Assembly (NCBI GenBank): GCA_027923505.1
Contig: BROI01000006.1
Coordinates: 930,001-994,000 of the forward strand
DNA length: 64,000 bases
From: Mayamaea pseudoterrestris
Lineage: Eukaryota
Direction: 5' to 3'
Of the stretch, positions 25,507 through 35,351 are shown in pieces. The notes under the pieces are model-generated. The model did no database searches and was not told the origin of the DNA. It was given only the letters and a program-made list of their open reading frames with translations. Positions within the stretch are counted from its first letter, which is position 1. Every line of letters starts with the position of its first letter. Made by a program: the position numbers and the translations under genes.

Positions 25507-25587
25507 CTCATTGGGGTCGACAATTGTAACGAGGAGGGAAGTCAAGAGCCGGGGGACAAGGACAATAAGGAAGTAAGAGAGCAAAGC

Positions 25588-28500
25588 ATGCTTGATATAG
25601 AGAAATCTCTAGAGCAAGTTGCACTTTACTCGCCTGTTGTTGGACTCTTGAATTCTAGTCGTACATTTGGACCGAGTCAGAAATTCATCAAAGCGTTCTC
25701 CACGGAGAGAACAGTAGCGCGCGCGGCATCTGAGAGGCCTTCGGAAGGACAAGCTTTTCCAATTGAGTTGGATTCGCACGCAGACACATGTTGCTTTGCA
25801 AGGGCGCATGTGAGCATACTTGCCGAAAGGGATCAGACAGTCACCGTGACGCCGTTCCTGGAAGGAATGGGAAGGATCAAGAACGTCAGAGTCTGCGATG
25901 TACTCGTGGCGTATGATCATCCGATTGATCTGAAGACGTTTTGTCTGCGATTTAATCAAGTACTTGTGTTCGATGCCTTAACGTCGCATCTGCTCAGCCC
26001 GAACCAAATGCGCTTGAACGACATCGAAGTTAACGAATGTCCAAGGCACTTGAGCAGCAAGCGAGACAAGGATACACATACGATCAAAGTACCGGACGAA
26101 GATTTGACGATTCCACTCTACGTTCATGGAGTAATCAGTCAGTTTCACGTTCGGAAGCCGACGGAGGATGATAAGGAAGAGTGTCCCTGGATTGACATGA
26201 CCTACGAGAATCCACCGTACGATCCATACGACAAGAGCATGGCGGATCGTGAAGCAGCCCTTATCGGAATCGAATATCCTGGCGCCAACATTGACAATTT
26301 CGATCGTAATGTTGCGGCAGCCTTGACAGCGGAGTTTGCCAATGCACCACACTGGCTTACTGATCAAGATGTGTTGGAAGAGGATCTACTGGCTCAAGAG
26401 ACCTTTACACATGAGGATATGATAAGGATCCAGTCTGCAGTTCGAACCAGGAAAAGAGAAGGAGTTGTGACAGCCGAGAAACTCCAGCAGAGGTGGAACA
26501 TTGGCCTGGAGACGGCACGGAATACTCTCAAGGTTGTCACACAGAAGGGCGTTCGTCGCTTCGCTGGCGATAGACCTTTGAAGAGGATGTGGTCGCGCGC
26601 GGAAGCGCTGCGCTTCCGGCAGTTAAACTGCGAGATGTTCACCGATACAATGCAGGGTCCTTGCAAATCAAGGAAAGGCTACAAGTACCTTCAAGTCTAC
26701 ACGACAGACGCCAGCTTCACAACAGTATACCCCATGAAAAAGAAGAGCGAAGCCCCGGAGACACTGGACTTATTACACAGGGAATTTGGTGTACCAAGTG
26801 TTCTGGTGCCGGACAACGCTCCAGAGCTTGTTGCAGGCGACTTTTTAAAGAAGGCTCGCGCTGCAGGCTCACATATCCACTCGATTGAACCCTACACACC
26901 CAACCATCAGCGTGCAGAATCCACCAACAATGTGCTAAAGCAAATGTACAGGCGGGCTATGCGCAAGTCAAACTCGCCGGCGGTATTTTGGGCTGATTGC
27001 TTTGTGCTGCAAGCTGCTATTTACAGTCGCCTTGCGCATGACAGAGTAGTACTCGATGGAGACACTCCGTATAAGCATTTAATGGGAGACTCGGCTGATA
27101 TTTCGCATCTGGCGGAATTCAGCTGGTATGAGTACGTGTGGTTCTGGAATCAAGATGGAGACGATAATTACGCTCTGGGGAGATACTTGGGGCCATCTCG
27201 CGACGTTGGTCAGGCCATGACGTCGCAGATCCTCACTGAGAAAGGCACGGTTGTGCATCGCTCGTCGACATTTCCATTGTCGGACGAAGACCTTCGTAGC
27301 GAACCGCTGAAGGCCCGGATGAAAGCTTTTGATGAAGCAATCCAAGAGCGATATGGAGCTGGATATAATGATGATCCACAGCTTGTGGAAACGCCAGAAT
27401 ATCCTGAGTTTGAACCTCCTACCTACGAGCCCTACGAGGACGAGGAAAGGAAAGAGGAAGAGGTTCCGGATGCAGATGACATTGATCACGATGCAGTTGA
27501 CAAGTATCTGACGACGGAAGTGCTCTTACCTGACGGCAACGGTACGGCAATTGGCACCGTGGTTGGCCGCAAAAGAGACGTTCACGGTAACCCCGTGGGA
27601 CGGTCAAACATTAATCCGCTCCTTGATACGGCGATTTACAGTGTCGCTTTCCCGGATGGGCGAATCAAGGAGTACTCTGCTAACGTAATTGCAGAGCACA
27701 TCTACTCCAGTGTCGATGACGCAGGGCACAGACACATGCACCTGAGGGAGCTCATTGATCACAAGAGTGATGCTACAGCAGTCTCGCAAGAAGACAAGTA
27801 CGTTCGCAACACAGACGGCAGTCTCTTCCAAGGCCGAGAGCAGCTGCGCAAAACAACCAAGGGTTGGTGGCTATTGGTCAAATGGAGTGATGAGACTGAG
27901 TCGTGGGAGCGATTGGCTGACCTAAAGGAATCCTTTCCGATCCAGGTAGCGGAGTATGCAGTTGGAAACCGCATCTCAATGGAGCCAGCTTTCGAGTGGT
28001 GGGTTCCGCAGTTTCTCAAGGACAGAGACCGGATAATCAAACTCGTCAAGGCCAGAGTTGCCAAGAAGACGCATAAGTTTGGCGTCGAAGTACCGCGCAG
28101 TGTCAAGCACGCAATTGAAATTGACGAGGCTACCAAAACGACGTTTTGGACGGACGCTATTAATCTGGAGATGACTAATGTGAGTCCAGCGTTTAAAATC
28201 CTGGAGAAGGATGCGCCAACTCCGATTGGGCATCAACACATTCGGTGTCATATGATCTTTGATGTCAAGGGGACTCTGCAGCGCAAGGCACGGTTCGTCG
28301 CAGGAGGGCACGTCACAGACACGCCTTCGGCTATGACTTACCAGAGTGTCGTTTCGCGAGAGAGCGTCAGAATTGCGTTTCTGATCGCAGCTCTAAATGA
28401 CTTGGATATCTGCGCGGCAGACATTCAGAACGCCTACATTACTGCTCCATGCCGCGAAAAGATCTGGACTGTTCTCGGACCAGAATTCGGCGCGCAATTA

Positions 28501-29769
28501 CAAGGACGCAAGGCTGTTATAGTCAGGGCATTGTACGGTTTGAAGTCGGCTGCAAGAGCTTTTGGCTCGTTTCTTGCGGAGAAACTGCAGGACTTAGGCT
28601 GGATGCCATGTCGTGGGGAGTCAGATGTGCGGATGAGGTCACGAACCAAGGAAAATGGGGAGAAGATTTGGGAGTATCTCCTGGTCTACACAGATGACCT
28701 GTTGTGCGTGGCGGTAGACCCGACAGCAGCGATTAAAGAAATTAATGAACATTTCACCCTCAAGAAGACTTCCATCGGTGAGCCTACATCATATCTTGGG
28801 AGTACCATCTCCAAGTACAGTCACGCGCATGACCCGACGAAAGAATACTGGGCAATGGGCTCAGAGAAATACGTGCGAGAGGCTATTAAAGTCGTCGAGA
28901 TGCACTTGGAAAAGGACAATTTAATATTGCGGAAGAATCCGACAGTTCCTTTACCACCAGGCTATGCACCAGAGATGGACGTCTCGCCGGAGCTGGAGAA
29001 CGATGAAGCAACATTCTTCATGTCGCAAGTCAGCGTACTGCGATGGGCTGTTGAGCTTGGAAGGATAGACATTGCTGTCGAAGTCTCTATGCTGGCGTCG
29101 CACATGGCTTTGCCAAGGCGAGGGCACCTGGACGCAGTGTATCACATTTTCGCGTATCTAAAGAAGCATGATCGCTCTAAGATTGTCTTTGACTCGAGAT
29201 ACATGGAACTTGAAACTCGAGAGTCACCTCAAGAATGGTCGGAATTCTATCAGGGAGCTGAAGAGAAGATTCCAACCGACATGCCCGAACCACGGGGCAA
29301 GCCAGTGCAAATGATTGTTTTCGTTGATGCGAGTCATGCATGTGATAAGCTGACGAGAAGATCGCGAACGGGGGTTCTAATGTACTTGAACCGGGCACCA
29401 ATCGCATGGTTATCCAAGAAGCAAAGCACTATCGAGACGAGTAGTTTTGGATCGGAATTCACAGCTATGAAAGTCGCTGCTGAAATGATTCTTGCTCTAC
29501 GGTTTAAGCTGCGCATGATGGGTATACCGCTGGATGGCGCAGCGCACGTTCGCTGTGACAATGAGGCTGTCGTGAAGAACACTTCAATTCCGGAGTCGAC
29601 ATTACAGAAGAAGCACAATGCGGTGAATTATCACTTTGCGCGAGAGCGAGTCGCTGAGGGTACGATGCAGGTCTTCAAGGAGGACGGCAATACCAATCTC
29701 GCGGATATGCTCACGAAATGTCAACCTGGACCGAAGCGTCAGGAGATGGCAAGCCATGTTTTGAAGTAG
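25588..29769 (+). CDS. pol: Retrotransposon Pol (protease, integrase with chromodomain-like module, RT, RNase H), in frame with gag
   Basis: Protease ELDSHADTC; integrase FTDT...VPDNAPE...RAE; RT ADIQNAY, LYGLKS and YTDD; RNase H FVDASHA, SSFGSEF, CDN and NLADMLTK. Confidence 0.96.
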   Translation: MLDIEKSLEQVALYSPVVGLLNSSRTFGPSQKFIKAFSTERTVARAASERPSEGQAFPIELDSHADTCCFARAHVSILAERDQTVTVTPFLEGMGRIKNVRVCDVLVAYDHPIDLKTFCLRFNQVLVFDALTSHLLSPNQMRLNDIEVNECPRHLSSKRDKDTHTIKVPDEDLTIPLYVHGVISQFHVRKPTEDDKEECPWIDMTYENPPYDPYDKSMADREAALIGIEYPGANIDNFDRNVAAALTAEFANAPHWLTDQDVLEEDLLAQETFTHEDMIRIQSAVRTRKREGVVTAEKLQQRWNIGLETARNTLKVVTQKGVRRFAGDRPLKRMWSRAEALRFRQLNCEMFTDTMQGPCKSRKGYKYLQVYTTDASFTTVYPMKKKSEAPETLDLLHREFGVPSVLVPDNAPELVAGDFLKKARAAGSHIHSIEPYTPNHQRAESTNNVLKQMYRRAMRKSNSPAVFWADCFVLQAAIYSRLAHDRVVLDGDTPYKHLMGDSADISHLAEFSWYEYVWFWNQDGDDNYALGRYLGPSRDVGQAMTSQILTEKGTVVHRSSTFPLSDEDLRSEPLKARMKAFDEAIQERYGAGYNDDPQLVETPEYPEFEPPTYEPYEDEERKEEEVPDADDIDHDAVDKYLTTEVLLPDGNGTAIGTVVGRKRDVHGNPVGRSNINPLLDTAIYSVAFPDGRIKEYSANVIAEHIYSSVDDAGHRHMHLRELIDHKSDATAVSQEDKYVRNTDGSLFQGREQLRKTTKGWWLLVKWSDETESWERLADLKESFPIQVAEYAVGNRISMEPAFEWWVPQFLKDRDRIIKLVKARVAKKTHKFGVEVPRSVKHAIEIDEATKTTFWTDAINLEMTNVSPAFKILEKDAPTPIGHQHIRCHMIFDVKGTLQRKARFVAGGHVTDTPSAMTYQSVVSRESVRIAFLIAALNDLDICAADIQNAYITAPCREKIWTVLGPEFGAQLQGRKAVIVRALYGLKSAARAFGSFLAEKLQDLGWMPCRGESDVRMRSRTKENGEKIWEYLLVYTDDLLCVAVDPTAAIKEINEHFTLKKTSIGEPTSYLGSTISKYSHAHDPTKEYWAMGSEKYVREAIKVVEMHLEKDNLILRKNPTVPLPPGYAPEMDVSPELENDEATFFMSQVSVLRWAVELGRIDIAVEVSMLASHMALPRRGHLDAVYHIFAYLKKHDRSKIVFDSRYMELETRESPQEWSEFYQGAEEKIPTDMPEPRGKPVQMIVFVDASHACDKLTRRSRTGVLMYLNRAPIAWLSKKQSTIETSSFGSEFTAMKVAAEMILALRFKLRMMGIPLDGAAHVRCDNEAVVKNTSIPESTLQKKHNAVNYHFARERVAEGTMQVFKEDGNTNLADMLTKCQPGPKRQEMASHVLK

Positions 29770-30009
29770 ACATGGAGATTACAGGGTTTGGAGGTTTTTC
29801 CCTTGATTCGATGCACTGAATCAGAAGTCACGCTAATGTACCTGCTGGCACCTTACAACCAAGTTGGACAACTTGGACCAATGAGTAAAGATTAAAGGAG
29901 ACACTATTCATCGAGAGATGTGGGGCATGAATGGCTTACGGGTGAAATCGATTGATCTCAGTAACTGCTTGAGGCGGCAGGAATGAGATGCAGATCAATT
30001 CCAGGGGAG

Positions 30010-30217
30010 CAATTTGGGTGCGCCATAGTCGACCGAAATATCGTGTAAGACTCGGATTGGAATATCGAGTCTTGTACACGAAGAGTCTTGCGAGCGGCAG
30101 GCTCGGATGTCGAGTAGTGTAATAGTCTCACAATTTGGCTCGGATCTCTACGAGATCGAGTGTTGTCACACAATACAAATATACCGTATTCTCGTACACT
30201 ACGACGTATATTTATTG
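30010..30217 (+). repeat. 3' LTR
   Basis: Identical to 22281-22488. Confidence 0.93.
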
Positions 30218-30692
30218 TAGGTGCTGCCCAAGAAACCGTGATTGGAGTTCGACTGCTTCGGAATAGGCTATAGTAAAACTTTTGTGTCGGCAGTGGGCCA
30301 TGTTGGGGGTGTGCATTTCTGAATGCTTGGAACGTTCTACATAAGCCATGAGTCGCTTGCTTTTCATTCGGTCATTAATTTGGAAACGGAGTCGTTTTTG
30401 TCTTGCTTTGGATGCTTGGGCTTATCAAATCTTGAGTGTTCATTAGGCCCAACAGGTTTGATTGGCCTCCATCGCCATTGGTAATCGTGCCATGAATTCG
30501 AAGAAGGACGTTGCGTCTTGGTCAGCAGCGTGTCAGCATCGTTGGATCGATTGCCAATGTCCACCAGCAACCGGGCCGAGAGGGAGCAGGAGCAGGAAAC
30601 GGAACGGGAGAGCTTCGTCATCATCCACCTCCAGTAGCTAACCAGTCAGGGATCTGAGAAGGGCTAAAAACCTGCAGCAGGAAATCGAAACC

Positions 30693-33149
30693 ATGATGGT
30701 GTTGGAACATCAGCCCGTCAATAACAACAAAAAGCTGACGGACTTTTTCACGCTGGACAATATACAGAGCAAGAGAACTGCCCTCGACTGTCGATCGCTG
30801 CCCGCCCTGTCGCTCGGCAAGAGTACCGACAGCTCCTTGAAGGATCCGAACAATCGCAAAGAGTCATTGTCAGCAGCAAGACGAACCAAAGGATCATCCT
30901 CCAAGCAGCAGCAGCGACGAACTCCAGCTAGCACTCAAACAGTTCGAGGCAAGTTCAACGCCTCCATGCCAAACATGACCTTCAATATGGATGACGAGAG
31001 TGATTCTGAATTTTCTGATATTGAATGGACCGACGGCAAGCAGCAAAACTCCAAGACTAAAAAGAAGAATGCCCAGTCATCACCAAAGCGAGAAACAGAC
31101 AAGTCATTAAAGAGTTTGCTCGAACGAAAGGAACTAAAGGCAGCCATGAGTAGAAACGCAATCAGTGATGATGACTGCATCATCAAGGCGCAGCAGCGCC
31201 AGCAACGACGAGTCAGTTCCATGTCCGTGGCGAAGAGCTTAATGAGCGCTTCCTCGGACGATTCTTCCACCTTTGATGCGAATGGCATGAAGAAGAAACG
31301 AGTATTAAAGGTTCGAGCGAGCGACGTTTCCAAGTTGCCTGGTCGGCTGCGCGATACTCTTGCCTCTAAATCACCATCAGCTGTAGTAGACGCCGACGAC
31401 GCCTCCTGCGCCTTCTCCGTCGTGAGCAAAAACAGTATTGGTGCGCTGGCGCCAAGCCGCAAGGATTCCGATCGCTCGCGAAGCATGAGTCGACGACAAA
31501 CCATGGAGCAAGCATTGGCGCCGCCAGCACCTCCAGTGCGAGGCGTGTTGCGACAACGCAGCATGGATGGCGGGCCATTGATGCTCATGAACCCCCGACA
31601 AAAACCAGTTGGGTTGAATGGAGTGGCAGCGCGTCGCCAGCAAAGTATGAGCGTAGTGCCGTCCAATTCCTCCAGCTTGCGCGGACGCAGCGTCGAACGC
31701 TACGCTCCTCCTACAACGAATACAAGTTTCGTCGCACCAAGTGGTCGGGTGCGATCAATGTCACGCGTCAAGCGGCCCGCCAGAAGTGGCAGTTTCTCAG
31801 AAGACGAGCCTTCCGTCAAGCCTCTTTCTCCGAGCAAGCATTCAAACCTGTTCATGTCCAATGTTTTGACGGATCGACTCTGGGCATCGGCTGACAATTT
31901 AAATTTCGTGCCAGATTCGTTTGAAGCGCAGGGAGAAAGCCCGCGCCGGGGCGTTCGACGTAGCCAGTCGGACGATGCCATGATGCACTCCGCGACGCCC
32001 CGGCGTGGTTTGCGGCGGAGCCGCAGCATTGACCCGCGTGCCGGCGCTGCGGAGCAAGTGGCGGCAAAAACTAATGCTGCCAAGGTGGCTTGCAAGCCAA
32101 CAAAACCACCCGCTTCGTCTTCGCGACGATCTAAAAGCGTTGATTGCCGGCAACCTGACGTTGCTGCAGGACGTCCTGCTCTCAGCAGCAGCTCAGCAAT
32201 GAATTCTCCTTCTGCCAAGACGGATGTTGCTCCGTCGAAACCGCGGAGCAAATCAACCAGCCGCAAAGCTCGTCCAGAGGAGTTAAAACCAGATGAGCCG
32301 AGCAGTCCTCGTCGCAAAAGCCGTCCTGATGCTAGTTGGAGAATTAGTGAAACGAAGGATGATGAAACGAATGCAAAGAGCAATGAGACTGCTCGTAGTC
32401 GCAGTCGAGTGCGAAGGCCCACTCGTGGGGATGGCCAAGTTGAAAGCAGCGCTAATGATGCAGCGAAGGTACGGAGCAAGAGTAAAAGCACTCGGTCGTC
32501 CAAGGAAGACATTGTGGAGCGAAAACAATCATCTCGACCGACAGGCGAAGAAAAAGGATTGCGTTCAAGCAGGTCGAAAAGCCGACCGCAAAGTAGTCGC
32601 AGCAAGTCAGTGGCACGAGACAAGAGCCGAGACAGTCGATCCGTTACCAATAGGCAAACTTCCCTTACGAGTTCGAGTCCTCGCGACGAACAACAATGCC
32701 TGAATACGCCGGCGCCTACAACTGACGGCAAGTCAAGTAGTAGATCCAAGTCTGTCGCTCGACCAAGCAGCAAGTTTAACAAGGAGTCCAACGCTTCTCC
32801 GACGCCATCGATAACATCCAACCCAGTCGGCGCCATACTTAAGACGCTTGCGGATGTTCCTGCTCTGGATATCAGTCCGCGCAAACGCTTGACACGACTC
32901 CTTGGCAAGCACCATGCCTCGTCACCAAAAAAATCTAGCGAGGGCAACTCGTTAACGTCTGGTAGTTCCTTGTCCAAAATATCACGAACCGACTCGCAGG
33001 CCACTTCCAGCACGTCGGCATCCACCTACGAGCCAACCGAACTTACTCCAGGCGCCATGTCGCGCATCAAAGATCTTGGTATCACGCCCGAGCAGTTGGC
33101 GCTTTTGAATAATATGGGATTGAAGATTGCCGAGCGACCGTCGAACTGA
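30693..33149 (+). CDS. Ser/Arg-rich low-complexity protein, clustered family member 2
   Basis: 818-codon intronless ORF with many RS[KR]S motifs. C-terminal GITPEQLALLNNMGLKIAE. Confidence 0.85.
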   Translation: MMVLEHQPVNNNKKLTDFFTLDNIQSKRTALDCRSLPALSLGKSTDSSLKDPNNRKESLSAARRTKGSSSKQQQRRTPASTQTVRGKFNASMPNMTFNMDDESDSEFSDIEWTDGKQQNSKTKKKNAQSSPKRETDKSLKSLLERKELKAAMSRNAISDDDCIIKAQQRQQRRVSSMSVAKSLMSASSDDSSTFDANGMKKKRVLKVRASDVSKLPGRLRDTLASKSPSAVVDADDASCAFSVVSKNSIGALAPSRKDSDRSRSMSRRQTMEQALAPPAPPVRGVLRQRSMDGGPLMLMNPRQKPVGLNGVAARRQQSMSVVPSNSSSLRGRSVERYAPPTTNTSFVAPSGRVRSMSRVKRPARSGSFSEDEPSVKPLSPSKHSNLFMSNVLTDRLWASADNLNFVPDSFEAQGESPRRGVRRSQSDDAMMHSATPRRGLRRSRSIDPRAGAAEQVAAKTNAAKVACKPTKPPASSSRRSKSVDCRQPDVAAGRPALSSSSAMNSPSAKTDVAPSKPRSKSTSRKARPEELKPDEPSSPRRKSRPDASWRISETKDDETNAKSNETARSRSRVRRPTRGDGQVESSANDAAKVRSKSKSTRSSKEDIVERKQSSRPTGEEKGLRSSRSKSRPQSSRSKSVARDKSRDSRSVTNRQTSLTSSSPRDEQQCLNTPAPTTDGKSSSRSKSVARPSSKFNKESNASPTPSITSNPVGAILKTLADVPALDISPRKRLTRLLGKHHASSPKKSSEGNSLTSGSSLSKISRTDSQATSSTSASTYEPTELTPGAMSRIKDLGITPEQLALLNNMGLKIAERPSN

Positions 33150-33381
33150 CTGTGAATGTTTTTGAATGACTACTGGCTGCAGTTTTATAGGTGCGCTGTA
33201 ATTAATGTTCACGTTTTAGTTTTAGAATACTCTAATACTATAATTCATTGTATGGAGAATAAAGATCTTAAAGCCATTGTTTAATGATGGCATTTTAAAT
33301 AGCTATCGTCGCCTCCCACGTTGTGACGAGACGTTCCTACGTTCTGATCAGTCCACGTGCTGTAATTAACTGTAAATCAGT

Positions 33382-34824
33382 CTATGGCGTCTCCAAACTG
33401 TTTGCATGTTTTGCGCTGACTGGTAGTAGCGAGCTCAGCTGCTTGGGTTTTAAGATTCGCTTTGCTTTGGAGTGTGAAAACGCCATGAATCCTGCAAACG
33501 AGCAAACAATGCCAACCACTCCGGTGAAGGTGATCGGAATGCCAAAATAAATGCTCGTGACTATAATGGCAAAGATGCGCCGTATGCAGTTCAACGCAGC
33601 ATGGTGAACAACCGATATTCTTGTCAAAATGTACGTGGATGCCAAATTGTAGCATGTAAACGCACAGCCATTCAAAAGCGCCAGTGTCGCGTAACGATAG
33701 AGTAATCCACTCCGCAGTATGCCAACGTGTCGGACAATGGTCCACAACGAACGAAGTATACCAGGCATGTCCCAAAGTAGCACTGGCACTGCCAACACAA
33801 CGACTCCAAGTTGCTGCATGCGAAACTGTAGATTCAAGTCGTCAACCATTGCGACGCTTCCTTCCGGAGTTGCGCGAAACAGTTTTTGGTGTAAACCTCG
33901 AAAGGAGAAGCACAAGTTGGAAGCCATGACCACCAAGGATGATAACACGGAACTGAATAATGTGGATTGCACATGGTCTGCTGCTGCAAGTTGTTCGCTC
34001 ATTGGTTCAGCAGCCGACGCATGATAGTTTCCCACTGTGGAAAGCAACACGCCCAGCACAATCACCAAAAGACTAGTCGCTTCCTGCTTGCTCAAGGTTT
34101 CAATGCCAAACCAAACAGCAACAGAAGCACTTGTGATTGGCTCCGACGCCTTGATGGTTTCGACAAAGGCTGCCGATGAGCCGGCGAATCCATAGTTCGT
34201 GGCGAGAAAGCCAAAGGTAAAGTAGATGGAAGCGTACACTAGTGATGGATTCGGAGTGAATTGCTCCAGTGCTTGCGTGAACGACTGTTTCGATTGCGGT
34301 GAATATGAAGCAGCAGTCCGACTACCTGGCCATGGCTGTAAGCCCGCGCTGCCCAAGAATCGAACTTGAAGCAGCAATCGCAGCAGGGAAGAACCAATGA
34401 GTAGCTGTTGAATGGTGAGAAACAATGGCGGAACGCTTCCAAAGTGATCATTCTTATCATGCTTCATTAACAGAATTTTGGAGCTTCCAATGGAAACGAC
34501 TCCAAGTGAAAACCAAAGAACAATCGCCAGCAACAAACGCGAGTGTTTGCCAAGGTTGCGTGAAACGCCTTTTCGCTTGCACCACCTGGAGTAGAATCGA
34601 TACCAAAATGCGTTTCGTTGACTGGATCCACCAGTGACTCGTTTTCGTCGTGTTTGGCCTGGTAGTACAGGCGGCAGATGACTTTTGCTACGAATAGCTT
34701 GTTGTTGTCGTCGAACGCTTGATGGGCTGGGAATAGAGTAGGACAAGGGAAATGGATTCGGAGCAGTTATTCTGCTGCCGTCATCAATATCCAAATGAGA
34801 CGATCGTCTCATGGTGGTAGTCAT
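33382..34824 (-). CDS. Triose-phosphate translocator / SLC35E-like transporter (DMT superfamily)
   Basis: AFVETIKASEP, SNLCFSFR and YNLASTYILTRISVVHHAALNCIRRI, with multiple TM helices. Confidence 0.88.
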   Translation of the reverse strand: MTTTMRRSSHLDIDDGSRITAPNPFPLSYSIPSPSSVRRQQQAIRSKSHLPPVLPGQTRRKRVTGGSSQRNAFWYRFYSRWCKRKGVSRNLGKHSRLLLAIVLWFSLGVVSIGSSKILLMKHDKNDHFGSVPPLFLTIQQLLIGSSLLRLLLQVRFLGSAGLQPWPGSRTAASYSPQSKQSFTQALEQFTPNPSLVYASIYFTFGFLATNYGFAGSSAAFVETIKASEPITSASVAVWFGIETLSKQEATSLLVIVLGVLLSTVGNYHASAAEPMSEQLAAADHVQSTLFSSVLSSLVVMASNLCFSFRGLHQKLFRATPEGSVAMVDDLNLQFRMQQLGVVVLAVPVLLWDMPGILRSLWTIVRHVGILRSGLLYRYATLALLNGCAFTCYNLASTYILTRISVVHHAALNCIRRIFAIIVTSIYFGIPITFTGVVGIVCSFAGFMAFSHSKAKRILKPKQLSSLLPVSAKHANSLETP

Positions 34825-35351
34825 TGCGTTTGTATGAAGTTTTGCTTGCCTTATGAAAGCTGCAAGTGTAGTCTCACTGGACCTTTTCGAACGGCTCTCT
34901 CATTCACCTTGCGCCATGGTCGGCGTGGCGGCATACGAATGTCGTTTCATAACCGGTACGATGCGTGTGACGTCATCAAACTCAACGCGCGCGGGTGCGA
35001 ACGCGAGCCGTTTCTTGAAAATGTGAAACGCACCATGGAAAACGACGCTACAACATGTCATCCTTGAACGCACCGCATTATCACGACTAGCTTGCACAGT
35101 GGCGCCGAAACTAGACGCAGCATATACAGCAGCGTATCGATCATCTCGAGACGTTGAAAGAGAGGAGCATTTACGATTTAGCGACTCTCCGTACACGGGC
35201 TTTCGCATCTTTTTTGAATTGGAATTTCGTTGCAAAGAACATTTATTTTGTGACGAGACCACAAAAAAGATTCACGCCTCCATATTCAAATACATGCGAG
35301 CTTCCTATAGCTAGTCGGACAGTAGCTTTTGGGAAACAGACGCAAACGAGT

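Larger units (their letters stand above)
22281..30217 (+). mobile_element. Intact Ty1/copia LTR retrotransposon (CoDi-like), 7.9 kb
   Basis: Identical 208-bp LTRs, 4-bp flanking duplication TAGG (22277-22280 and 30218-30221), short purine tract AGGGGAG before the 3' LTR, and pol domain order PR-IN-RT-RH. Confidence 0.96.

Noticed and set aside
31700..33025. 441-aa antisense ORF and similar long shadow ORFs (30935-31666, 39255-39953, 2940-3674, 24931-25584)
   Set aside because: They lie opposite well-supported genes and are explained by the codon composition of the sense strand.
33060..33140. Family C-terminal motif as a SAM domain or sigma-70 region 1.1 fragment
   Set aside because: The resemblance is superficial (LGI, MGLxI). 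The rest of those folds is absent and helix spacing differs, so the motif is left unassigned.
34960..34980. Isolated TGACGTCA (CRE-like) site and other single TGACGT hits
   Set aside because: Single 6-8-mers are expected by chance in 64 kb. Only the tandem array at 56.7 kb is notable.
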